A DNA stretch of 28,951 bases from Octopus sinensis (GCF_006345805.1 NW_021833182.1:1-28951), one strand, 5' to 3'; counted from the stretch's first letter, positions 1 to 10,798 are shown. Notes: a model not told the origin generated them from the letters alone. Translations and numbers: made by a program.

Positions 1-60
1 ATCTGTTTATGCGCCATAGCAGACAAAACGTTCGTATGCTGACATACATATATATATATA

Positions 61-285
61 TTTCTTTACTACCCACAAGGGGCTAAACACAGAGGGGGAC
101 AAACAAGGACAGACAAAGGGATTAAGTCGATTACATCGACCCCAGTGCGAACTGGTACTTTATTTATCGACCCCGAAAGGATGAAAGACAAAGTCAACCT
201 CGGCGGAATTCGAACTCATAACGAACGACAGACGAAATACCGCTAAGCATTTCGCCCTGCGCGTTAACGTTTCTGCCAGCTCGCC
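61..285 (-). mobile_element. tRNA-derived SINE type A, near full length
   Basis: Reverse complement reads ggcgagctggcagaaacgtt...gagttcgaattcc (Pol III A/B-box-like), core ctttcatcctttcggggtcgataaataaagtaccag, tail tttagccccttgtgggtagtaaagaaa; many copies in the window. Confidence 0.9.
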
Positions 286-293
286 TATATATG

Positions 294-330
<37 letters not shown>

Positions 331-339
331 TATATATAT

Positions 340-382
<43 letters not shown>

Positions 383-440
383 TATATATATATTATATAT
401 ATCATATATATATATATATATAATATATATATACATATAA

Positions 441-494
<54 letters not shown>

Positions 495-851
495 TAATAT
501 ATATATATATAGATATATATATATATATAATATATATATTATATATATATACTCCGTAGTATGTACACTGGCACAAACAGATGTGATCGTACGTATTACC
601 ATATGCACATTTTCCTGTGCAAACGTATGCATATTGTCGTATAAATTCACGTATACACTAACATATAAAGACAACACACACTCTAGCAGACATGGCATAT
701 AGGCTCATAAGCATCCGAACAAACACAGAAGCACGTTCATATAAACATACATACATGCGTGCTGGCACGCACCTTGCTTATAGATAGACATATACATCCG
801 CATACACACGTAGGTACACTAGCATATATATTATATACTATATATATATTA

Positions 852-889
<38 letters not shown>

Positions 890-909
890 AAATATATATA
901 TATATATAC

Positions 910-954
<45 letters not shown>

Positions 955-1108
955 TATACATAATACACATTATATATCATATATATATATCTATATCTAT
1001 ATATATATAGACATATATACACACACACACCACACACACATATATATATATATACATATATATATACATACATATATATATATATATATATAATATATAC
1101 ATATATAG

Positions 1109-1151
<43 letters not shown>

Positions 1152-1152
1152 A

Positions 1153-1237
<85 letters not shown>

Positions 1238-1382
1238 CTATATATATATATATAATACTATATAGTATATAACATGCACGCTAGCATACACATTAGCATA
1301 AAGCATATAGGCCTGTATAACACATACTCTCTAGCATATAGACAGACGTTACCTCAAGCAAACACCCCCACACCACACACCA

Positions 1383-1418
<36 letters not shown>

Positions 1419-1766
1419 ACGCACCCGCACACCACATTGCCGTATAGTCAGATGTATGCGCCCAGCATATACAGAAGGACAGAAACGCACGCACATACGC
1501 ACTAACGTATAAACGAACGCACACTCATGCACAGACGGGCACGTGCGCACCAGCGCACACATATGTGAATCTGCTGACACCAAACACACCTGGAAAAACA
1601 AAAATTCGTTCAAGAGAAAACGAATTCCCTGATGGGGAATTGATGATGATGCGTGATGGTGATGATGGTGATGATGATGAAGTGTGTATGTGCGCGCGTT
1701 GTGTATGCCAGTCCGCCCGTCCGTCTGTCCTGTCTGTCGGTCTGTATATGTAAATATATATATGTA

Positions 1767-1797
<31 letters not shown>

Positions 1798-1803
1798 TAT
1801 ATA

Positions 1804-1848
<45 letters not shown>

Positions 1849-1912
1849 AATATGCTAGGCCCTAGTTTTAATTGATTAATATCAATTCTACCTTATTCAA
1901 TTTCATATATAG

Positions 1913-1956
<44 letters not shown>

Positions 1957-2031
1957 ATATATATATCTATATATATAATATCTAGTATACTATATACATA
2001 TATATATATATATAATCTATATATTAGTATA

Positions 2032-2093
<62 letters not shown>

Positions 2094-2296
2094 CAGGTGA
2101 ATACTTGATAACTGTAAGCACCTGTTATATGCCAATTAGTGGTGTAGGTGATGGAGTATATTTATCAAAAGAAACATATGTACCGCTAATAAATCCTTTG
2201 CATCCTGTTTTTCTTTTGATATATATATATATATATACATACACATTAGTATATATATATATATATTAGTATATATATATATTATATATATATATC

Positions 2297-2327
<31 letters not shown>

Positions 2328-2400
2328 TTAGTATATATATATATATATATCTATATATATATAGACACACACGTATGTAGCATATACCCACACATATATA
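286..2400. repeat. Compound (TA)n/(CA)n/(TG)n microsatellite field
   Basis: Long imperfect (TA)n tracts at about 286-545, 820-1260, 1752-2100 and 2219-2365, separated by CA/TG-rich degenerate sequence; source of the Tyr-Ile ORFs. Confidence 0.97.
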
Positions 2401-2847
2401 TATATGCATATGTATGCATATATTTATAGACACACAGACACGACCACTCGTGTATACCTATATTATTTCCACCTTCATTGCGCATTTACACGAAAAATAA
2501 AAAAGTCGTAGTTGTTTAGCCGCAGGCCACACCTGACTGAACAGAACTATCAATTATGAAAAGACATTCCAGTTCCAACCATGACCATTTCATCTATTCA
2601 GAGGTACTTAAAAACTACATTTTCTAATATGCTCTTTAGAATTTTATTTGGTTTTTTTTGGTTGTTTTTTTAAAGGCGGTGCATTCTCGTTTCGAAGTTG
2701 TTTCAGCTGCTATTTCTAGCGGAGCAAGCGACTATGCAGAGCTCGCTGGTCGATTCTATGCGGTTGTGCTACAGTAATGTAAATAACTGTCATCTATTGG
2801 CTTATTCCGCAGGACGATACCAAGGCCAAATGGTTTTTGCGACTTAC

Positions 2848-3000
2848 CTACCACGTGATTGTTGCTGAACACGTAACAAGTCGGCACGCGCTGTCATGGT
2901 CACGTGCTGCTTGTTATCACAACGCTTGTTTGTTTTGTCTTCGGTGGCTATTATTTGGTCTTCGTTGTTGTTGTTTAGTTTCCATCAGGATGGGATTCTG
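2848..3000 (-). other. Candidate first exon (possible MTARADLLRVQQQSRG start) with strong donor
   Basis: Minus-strand TAG|GTAAGT donor at 2848/2847, CpG-rich unique sequence, ACCATGA context, no good acceptor upstream. Left-open 5' boundary is approximate. Confidence 0.25.
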
Positions 3001-3050
3001 CGACCCCCCACCCCACACACACACCACGCCGCCATCAGAAAGAATACTTT

Positions 3051-4475
3051 GCGGCATTTGTTCCGGCCCCTTATTTTCTGATTTCAAATTTCGTCTGGGT
3101 TCAACGTTGGCTTTTTATTCCTCAGGTGTTGATAAAATAAACTACCAGTCAGGGGGCGAACTAAGAGTATTAAGGACCCTCGGGCATAACAGTTTACCGG
3201 TCCCCTTTGAATGTCTGTTTTTGTAGAGTTAATATGTAGAGTGTGGGCCCCTCAGAACTCTGGGCCCTCGGGCAGTGCCCGATTGACTGACGGTTTAGTC
3301 CGCCCCTGCTACCAGTCAATATTGGGGTCTATGATATCGACTGCCTCCCTCTCGGTCAATATTGCTAGCCTTTTGCTTACATCAGAAACCTTTATCCTTA
3401 TTTTATGTTCCATTCTGAGTTCAAATTCCAGCGATGTCAGCTTTTCATCACCCCGGGATCAATGAAATAAAGTACCAGTCATGTACCAAGGCTCAATGAT
3501 AATCTTCTAAACCCTCATGTCAAATTGATGATCTTGTGTTTAAATCAGAAACCATCACCACCACCACAACCACAACCACAACACCACCACCACCACCACC
3601 ACCACCACTATCATCATCATCATCATCATCATCATTATCATCATCATTATTATTTTTATTTTACATTCCATTCTGAGTTCAATTCCCGCTGAGGTCGACC
3701 TTGCCGTTCATCTTTTCGGGATCGATAAAATAAGTACGAGTTGAGCACTGGGGCCTATACAATCGACTAGCACCCTCTAATCCCTTCAAAAGTCCTAGCC
3801 TTGTGCCAAAACTTTAAAGAATCATTCCCTCTTCGTCAGAGTTGTGGCTTGGCCCAGTCGTTAGAGCACCGGAAATCAAAATGCATTGCAGAATTTCTTT
3901 CGACATTTTACATTTTGAGTTCAAATCCTGTCGAGGCCAACTTTGCCTTTTCCCCCTCCAGGGTCAACAGAATAAAGCACCAGTCAAATACTGAAATCAA
4001 ATCTACCGAATAACTCCATTATCATCAAATCAGGCCTTATGTATGATTGCTACAAACTAATTAATTTTAATTAATCTTCATCTTTTGTTATATAATCCCG
4101 TTCACATCTCGGATGCTTTATTGTAGTGATGCATAAGGTGGACTACTCAAAGTTTTTAGCGGGTCACAACGACATTTCTATATTTATGATAAAAAAAAAG
4201 TTGTTATGCGTACTGGTCACGTGTTATCCACAATAACGCTATTATTATTATTGTTTTAATTAATATACTTAACCTTTAGATAAGGCTAGTGGCTTCTGTT
4301 TGTTTTCCTTACATCATCATCATCATCGTCATCATTGTTATTAAAGCAGCAAGCTCGCTGAATCATTAGCTTGTCGGACAAAATACATAGCGGTATTTCT
4401 TCCGGCTCTTTACGTTTTGCCTTAAAATTCTGCAGACGTCGACTTGCCTTTTATTTTCTCGGAATCGATAATGTA
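3051..4475 (+). mobile_element. Cluster of about five old, diverged SINE-A copies
   Basis: Degenerate ctgagttcaaattcc...gtcgac.ttgcc.ttcatc.tttcggg.tcgataaaataagtac cores at about 3051-3155, 3405-3500, 3661-3820, 3841-4040 and 4343-4475. Confidence 0.7.
3553..3655. repeat. (CAC/CAA/CAT/TAT)n trinucleotide microsatellite
   Basis: Direct reading of the sequence. Confidence 0.95.
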
Positions 4476-4957
4476 AGTAGGGGTAGCGGTGGGGCACAAT
4501 GAGTGATATTTACGGCATTTTTGTCTTTGAGAGAGAAGAAAATCATGTGTTCACTACCTTATAAATAGCAAATGACCTCTAGATGCATCAAAAACACGCT
4601 AACATATTCAGAAGACTATTTCGGAAAAAAATTATCTCCGTTCTCTTTGAGCATACAACGCTGGGGCAAAATGAGTAAGGCAGGATAAGATTAATTTATC
4701 CCTTAAGACTCGTGCACACCAAAAGATGTGTATGAGTCTCAGATATCAGAAAGATTAGTGATGTAACAAAGATTGAAAATATCTTGGCACAGGAGTCGCT
4801 GTGTGGTAAGTAGCTTGCTTACCAACCACATGGTTCCGGGTTCATTCCCACTGCGTGGCACCTTGGGCAAATGTTTTCTACTATAGTCTCGGGCCGACCA
4901 AAGCCTTGTGAGTGGATTTGGTAGACGGAAACTGAAAGAAGCCCGTCGTATATATGT

Positions 4958-5100
4958 ATCCCTTTCTGTGCCCCTTTCTGTAGAAGAGCGTAGGCTCGAA
5001 ACGTAAAAGACTTTTTCTATTCCTGAGTGTTATACTAATACATCTGTTTGTTTTGTACACCACCTGTCTTCGTCTTTTGTTATTTTCGCAAACTCTCCCT
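4958..5100 (+). mobile_element. Penelope-type terminal fragment with hammerhead-like motif (copy 1)
   Basis: Shares gaagagcgtaggctcgaaacgtaaaagac...ccacctg.cttcgtcttttg with 19062-19276 (-) and 23016-23227 (+); ends in (TA)n. PLE attribution is inferred from the hammerhead layout. Confidence 0.65.
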
Positions 5101-5111
5101 ATATATATCTA

Positions 5112-5167
<56 letters not shown>

Positions 5168-5170
<3 letters not shown>

Positions 5171-5281
5171 ACCGGAGCCTGGTGCAGCCTTCTGGCTTCC
5201 CAGATCCCCGGTCGTACCGTCCAACCATGCTAGCATGAGAACGGGACGTTAAACGATGATGATGATGATGATGATGATGAT
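5168..5281 (+). mobile_element. 3' end of an RTE-like LINE (or RTE-tailed SINE) with (GAT)n tail
   Basis: ggagcctggtgcagccttctggctt...gtccaaccatgctagcatg...ggacgttaaacgatgatgat resembles RTE/BovB-type 3' termini (from recall). Confidence 0.55.
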
Positions 5282-5715
5282 ATATATATATATAATATAT
5301 AATTATATATATATATTATATGTATGTGTGTGTGTTGTCTGGTTTGTCCCCCCCAACATCGCTTGACAACCGATGCTGGTATGTTTACGTCCCCGTAACT
5401 TAGCGGTTCGGCAAAAGAGACCGATGGAATAAGTACTAGGCTTCAAAGAAAAAAGTCCTGGGATCGATTTGCTCGACTAAAGGCGGTGCTCCAGCATGGC
5501 CACAGTCAATGACTGAAACAAGTAAAAGAGTAAAAGAGTAAATGAAAGAGGATCTTGGAAAAATGGCATAGGATTTAAAATTAATGAAATCTCAACTAAA
5601 TCTTAAATTTCAACATAAAATAGTCTCTATAGTATCTTTCACGATCTGCCGGAGAGGATCGCTTCCTAATATATTTACGTATCATACATAAATATTAGTA
5701 TGGTACGTAAATATT

Positions 5716-5779
5716 AGGAGTGGCTGTGTAGTAAATAACTTGCTTACCAACCACATGGTTCCGGGTTCAGTCTCACTGT
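5716..5779 (+). mobile_element. SINE-B 5' fragment
   Basis: aggagtggctgtgtagtaa...accaaccacatggttccgggttcagtc matches the SINE-B head. Confidence 0.85.
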
Positions 5780-5837
5780 AGTGGGACTGGTGTATTGGTA
5801 GCATGTGAACTCATAATGTAAAGAACCGTAAGAAATG

Positions 5838-6067
5838 CCTATTTCTTTATTACCCACAAGGGACTAAACACAGAGAGGACAAACAAGGACAGACAAACGG
5901 ATTAAGTCGATTATATCGACCCCAGTGCGTAACTGGTACTTCTTTAATCGACCCCGAAAGGATGAAAGGCAATGTCGACCTCGGCGGAATTTGAACTCAC
6001 AACGTAACGGCAAACGAAATACCACTAAGCATTTCGCCCGACGTGCTAACGTTTCTGCTAGCTCGTC
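5838..6067 (-). mobile_element. SINE-A full length
   Basis: Highly similar to 61-285; a further fragment lies at about 6259-6305. Confidence 0.9.
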
Positions 6068-6076
6068 CGTTTTTGT

Positions 6077-6090
6077 GATGATGATGATGA

Positions 6091-6122
<32 letters not shown>

Positions 6123-6124
6123 TA

Positions 6125-6162
<38 letters not shown>

Positions 6163-6169
6163 ACTACTA

Positions 6170-6201
<32 letters not shown>

Positions 6202-6215
6202 AACAAATAATAATA
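6077..6215. repeat. (GAT)(TAC)(TGC)n compound trinucleotide microsatellite
   Basis: Direct reading of the sequence. Confidence 0.95.
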
Positions 6216-6612
6216 ATGTTTTCAAATTTTGCCATAAGCGTAGCAGTTTTGGGGAGAAGATAAGTCGATTAGATCGACCCCAGTGCGTAACTGGTACTTA
6301 ATTTACAGAGAAGAAATTATTGAAATTAGTCATAACTCATTTTGTCTCATATTAGATAACATTGTTTTGAGAATTGAAAATTATATCAAACTAAAGAAGA
6401 GTGTGAGAACAATTGACTTGGAATCCAACAAAGAAAAGAATATTGATCGTTCGGCACTAAAAAATTATCCAGATATTTTATTGGCAGCCTCAATTACAGT
6501 CGGGTCAAAGTTGAAGAAAAATTTCATGGAAAAAAAAAAACAAAGTACCTGTCACCTGACTATGTTTTAAACTCTCTCAGTTTCAACAACAATAACAGCA
6601 GCAGCAGCAGTA

Positions 6613-6990
6613 GAGGCGAAATGGCCCAGTGGTTAGGGCAGCGGACTCGCGATCGGAGGATCGCGGTTTCGATTCCCAGACCGGGCGTTGTGTGTGTTTA
6701 TTGAGCGAATACACCTAAAGCTTCACGAGAGCTCCGGCAGGGGGATGGGGGTGGTGGCGAACCCTGTTGTACTCTTTCGCCCCAACTTTCTCTCTCACCC
6801 TTTCTTCCTGTTACTTGTCCCCGACCCGACTTCCTACGCAACTGCTGAGCCTGGATGCGCATTCATCCATCCGTCGATGCTCTCGGTGTCGGGGGTTGAC
6901 CTGCTTTCTCTTCTGCGGGTCTTACGAATAGCAAAGGATCACGTTTCGGACTTCTCCCGCTGGGACGAAGACCGCTTCACTCAACAAACA
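6613..6990 (+). mobile_element. tRNA(Arg)-like SINE type C
   Basis: gaggcgaaatggcccagtggttagggcagcggactcgcgatcggaggatcgcggtttcgattccc head with A/B boxes; (AAAC)n tail; first ~180 bp shared with 25176-25463. Confidence 0.8.
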
Positions 6991-7092
6991 AACAAACAAG
7001 CAACAGCAACAACAACAGCAACAACAACAGCAACAACAACAACAATAGCAACAACAACAACAACAACAACAGCAACAACAACAATAACACCA

Positions 7093-7438
7093 ATAGCCCG
7101 GTTATGGAAAATGAAGAAGGTGAAGATAGCGCCCATTATTGCTGGGTCTTTGGAGACAGTATCAGAAGGAAATTGGAATAGAGTGCCCAGTAGAACTGTC
7201 ATAAGAGGTTTGACTCCTTGGCGCGGCCAGAATAATCAGGAAAGTATTAGATAGCTGAAAAGAATGGATAGCATGGTACTGTAGGCTGTAGGTAGTAAAC
7301 CCGCTACGCATGCAAGACTCCAGGAGTTCCAACAAAACCTGTGAGAGAAATTTCGTTTTTGGATTTGGTTTGCAAGATTCTTTATGTGAGTTCGTGTCTT
7401 GAAGCATATTCTGTTGTATCTGGGGAGAGTCATTCTAT
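7093..7438 (+). mobile_element. R4/Dong-clade LINE, 3' fragment (end of RLE domain plus 3' UTR)
   Basis: Translates, with a frameshift, as IARLWKMKKVKIAPIIAGSL...LGIECPVEL...LLGAARIIRKVLDS*; preceded by (CAA)n at about 6985-7090; UTR repeated at 10429-10676. Confidence 0.75.
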
Positions 7439-7649
7439 GCAGACCAGATTTTATTCCCAAAGATGATGCAGCATTTCAAGACGATGTTGCAAATATTTCC
7501 AATGTGATGGTTTCAAACAAAAAAAAAAAAAAAAATTAAAAGAAATCAGAAATCATACATTTTGTCCCATTTACCGCCCTCCCCCGTCTATCACTTAAGT
7601 CATCGACTAACCCCTCCTTGCTAAATTGCTGGCCTTGTGCCAATAGCGG

Positions 7650-7650
7650 A

Positions 7651-7695
<45 letters not shown>

Positions 7696-7752
7696 TATAA
7701 TAATAATAATACTACTAATAATGATAATAATGATGATATGACGATGATGATG

Positions 7753-7784
<32 letters not shown>

Positions 7785-7809
7785 GATAATAATAATAATA
7801 ATAATAATA

Positions 7810-7865
<56 letters not shown>
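7650..7865. repeat. (TAA)n/(TGA)n array
   Basis: Direct reading; forms the 5' flank of the R4/Dong copy at 7868. Confidence 0.95.
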
Positions 7866-7867
<2 letters not shown>

Positions 7868-7870
<3 letters not shown>

Positions 7871-8481
7871 TCATATTATCTCTGGCTGCCCAGTCCTGAC
7901 TAAGACACGACAGAGTTGGGACCTACATACACTGGAAGCTATGCCAACATTATGGAATAACAACAGAAAAAAGATGGTATAGGCACACACCAGAAAAGGT
8001 CACAGAAAACGAGAAAGCAACCATACTCTGGGATATGCCAATACACACAGATAGAAAAATTAAGGCCAACAGACCAGATATAGTTGTCAGAGATCATGAA
8101 GAAAAAAAATGCTTTCTAATTGATGTATCAATACCAGCAGATGACAACGTGTCTCTAAAAGAAATGGAGAAACTTTCAAAATACAAAGACCTGGAAATAG
8201 AGGTAACTCGAATGTGGGATCTAAAAACAGAAACAATTCCTATCATAGTAGGTGCATTAGGCATGATAAAAAATATTCAGACAAATACATAACAAAAACA
8301 CCAGGACTTACAAACGCATATAACATACAGAAAATTGCACTACTAGGCACTGCACACATCCTACGCAGAACACTTTCTATACAGTAACCATCAGAGCATC
8401 ACAACAAATCACAGCACATACCTAAGGCGCACAGAGCTGCGTTCGGTAGTGAAGTGAAAGCACGCTATAAAAATAAAACTA

Positions 8482-8484
<3 letters not shown>
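7868..8484 (+). mobile_element. 5'-truncated R4/Dong-clade LINE (end of zinc knuckle plus restriction-like endonuclease), pseudogenised
   Basis: HIISGC...RHDRVGTYIHWKLCQHYG...ILWDMPIHTDRKIKANRPDIVV...LIDVSIPADDNVSLKEMEKLSKYKDL (PD-(D/E)xK RLE); (TAA)n on both sides. Confidence 0.9.
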
Positions 8485-8524
<40 letters not shown>

Positions 8525-8596
8525 TAATAATAATAATAATACTAATAATAATATAATAATAAATAATTAATAATAATAATAATTATTATTATTATT
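8485..8596. repeat. (AAT)n switching to (ATT)n: tail-to-tail junction of two LINEs
   Basis: Orientation of the triplet flips at about 8581. Confidence 0.9.
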
Positions 8597-10358
8597 TTTT
8601 TTTTTCTTCTTTCAAATTTGCTTCCATTTCTTGCAGAGTGTCTTCCCGACTCCTAGGGCAAAGAAACTCATAGGCCATTAAACCAAACTCAGTAGTTCGT
8701 TCATTTTTTTTTTTTTTTTTTTTTAAAGTTAATTAAAATGCATGAGCAGCAACAGTTCTCACATCGACAATGCTCTTCTCAATACGTGTGATGTACCAGT
8801 TAAGACAATCTTTGCACTTCTTGCAGGGATGGTAAGCCAGGGATCATTCTCATATAATTTTCGGTTCCCTTCTTGATCATTCCTAGTGCTCCTACGATCA
8901 CTGGTATTGTAACCGCCTTGAGATGCCACATTTTCTCAATTTCAATGAGTAGGTCTTTATATTTTCTGAGCTTGTCAAACTCTTTCGCTGAGATATTATG
9001 ATCACAGGGGATGCTCATGTCGATCAATAAGCAAACTTTATTGTTTTGGTCTTTCACACAATATCTGGTTTATTGGCCTTGATGTTCGGTCTGTATGTAC
9101 TGGAAAGTCCCACAGAATGGTTACATTTTCTCCTTCAGTTACAGCCTCAGGGTGGTGATTATACCACTTGTCGGCAGTTTTGATATTGTAATGCCGACTT
9201 ATTAGCCAGTGGAGATATTGGCCAACTCTGTCATGTCTTAATTTATACTCCACTGGTGCTAAGACTTTACATCCAGAGATTAGGTGGTCCACTGTTTCAA
9301 TCATGTCGTTGCAGAATCGGCATTTTGGGTCTGCTCCATTTTTCATCACATTGGCCTGGTAGTTCCGGTTGATAGGCTTTGGTCTTGAGCAGCCAGGATG
9401 AAACCTTCGCTCTCTGCTTTTAGCCCTGAGCTCCGCAGCCACTGATGGGTTTGCTTCTGGTCAACATCAGCTTGTTTGCTGCGGGTCACATATTTGCCGT
9501 GCAGAGGTTTCTCCTCCCACCTATCAGCCAATTGCTCGTGCGCTTTTTCATTGCCATCATTTTCACCTTCTTTGCAACAATAGTTGCCGTACTTCCTCGG
9601 GTTGTTCAGTTTGGGTATCCTGCACGAGATCAATAGCAAATTTTTTGCTTTCCTTGATGATAGAATGAAGCTTCTTTCGTCTCTCGTGATTTTCCACGAA
9701 CTTTAGCATCCACTCATTCGATATTTCGAGATATTTGGCCAGTCCAATTGTGGTTGTTTTGTAAGCTAGTTCAAATTAGATCAGGCCTCGACCTCCTTGG
9801 GCTCTGGGAAGGTAAAGGCGATCTACGTCTGCCTTTGGGTGGTGCATCCTATTACAACTCAGCAGCTTGCGTATTTTTCTATCTATATTCTTTACTTCAC
9901 TCATATTCCAGTTCAACACATTGTAGCTATAAGTAACAACTGGAACTGCTAGGGAATTTATAGCTAACACCTTGTTACGTGCATTTAGTTCAGATTTCAG
10001 GACTGCACGAACTCTCCTATAACATTCCTTCCTGATTTTCTCTTTCATGCTTGCATGCTGAATACCAGAGCCTTCATTTATCCCTAAATATTTGTATGTT
10101 TGTTCTTGCTCAAGCTCTCTTATGACTGTGTCAATATCTAACACGACTGAATTTGTGGTCTTCACTTTCCCTTTCTGGAAAGTGGCCTTGGCACACTTCT
10201 CAAGTCCAAACTCCATCCCGATGTCATCGCTGAATGATTTCACGGTGCGCAATAGGCCTTCAAGTTCATTATTGTCTTTACCATAAAGTTTTAAGTCATC
10301 CATATAAGATAGATGGCTTATTTTTTTATTGGCAATTTTATACCCATACCCTGTTCTG

Positions 10359-10360
<2 letters not shown>
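8596..10360 (-). mobile_element. 5'-truncated R4/Dong-clade LINE (RT, CCHC knuckle, RLE), frameshifted
   Basis: KISHLSYMDDLKLYGK (RT YxDD), FGLEKCA, PRAQGGRGL, CRFCNDMIETVDHLISGC, RHDRVG, LLIDMSIPCDHNISAKEFDKLRKYKDL, split across ORFs 9776-10558, 9346-9639, 9038-9442 and 8800-9057; TAA repeats at both ends. Confidence 0.93.
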
Positions 10361-10415
<55 letters not shown>

Positions 10416-10428
10416 TCTTTTTTTTTTT

Positions 10429-10676
10429 TGTCTGGGGAGAGTCTCCAGGAGTTCCAACAAAATCTGTGATTAAAATTACGTTTTTGGATTTGGTTTGCAA
10501 GATTCTTTATGTGAGTTCGTGTGTTGAAGTATATTCTGTTGTGTCTGGGGAGAGTCATTCTCTTTTGGTGGCTTATAATTTAACACACACACCGGTAATA
10601 TTTCCACCTATTTCTTTTTTTATTTTCCTAAAAATTTCGTTGCATCTTGCATCCTTTTCAATAAAAAAGAAATAAG
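10429..10676 (+). mobile_element. R4/Dong-type 3' UTR fragment
   Basis: ctccaggagttccaacaaaa...ctggggagagtcattct is closely similar to about 7318-7438; ends near aataaaaaagaaataa. Confidence 0.75.
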
Positions 10677-10705
10677 TGGAAATTTTTACTTGTGAGTATG
10701 TTAAA

Positions 10706-10798
10706 TTCGACGGAATTCGAACTCAGAACGTAGTGACGGGGGCCAAATACCGCTACGCATTTCGTCCAATGTGCTAAATATTCTGCCAGCTCACCACC
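10706..10798 (-). mobile_element. SINE-A head fragment
   Basis: Reverse complement ggtggtgagctggcagaatatttagcac...ttctgagttcgaattcc. Confidence 0.75.

Larger units (their letters stand above)
4786..5540 (+). mobile_element. tRNA-derived SINE type B with internal (TA)n/(TG)n, interrupted by two nested inserts
   Basis: Head ggagtcgctgtgtggtaag...ggttccgggttcattccc, CORE-like ggcaccttgggcaaatg, 3' half aacatcgcttgacaaccgatgctgg...gactgaaacaagtaaaagagtaaaagag; matches the copies at 12346, 18355 and 19967. Confidence 0.9.

Noticed and set aside
160-2135. Tyr-Ile and Cys-Val repeat ORFs
   Set aside because: Translations of (TA)n and (TG)n microsatellites; no coding signal.
6613-6690. tRNA genes at SINE heads (also near 25180, 27115 and 15290)
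   Set aside because: A/B boxes are present but acceptor stems are not formed and they run straight into SINE bodies.
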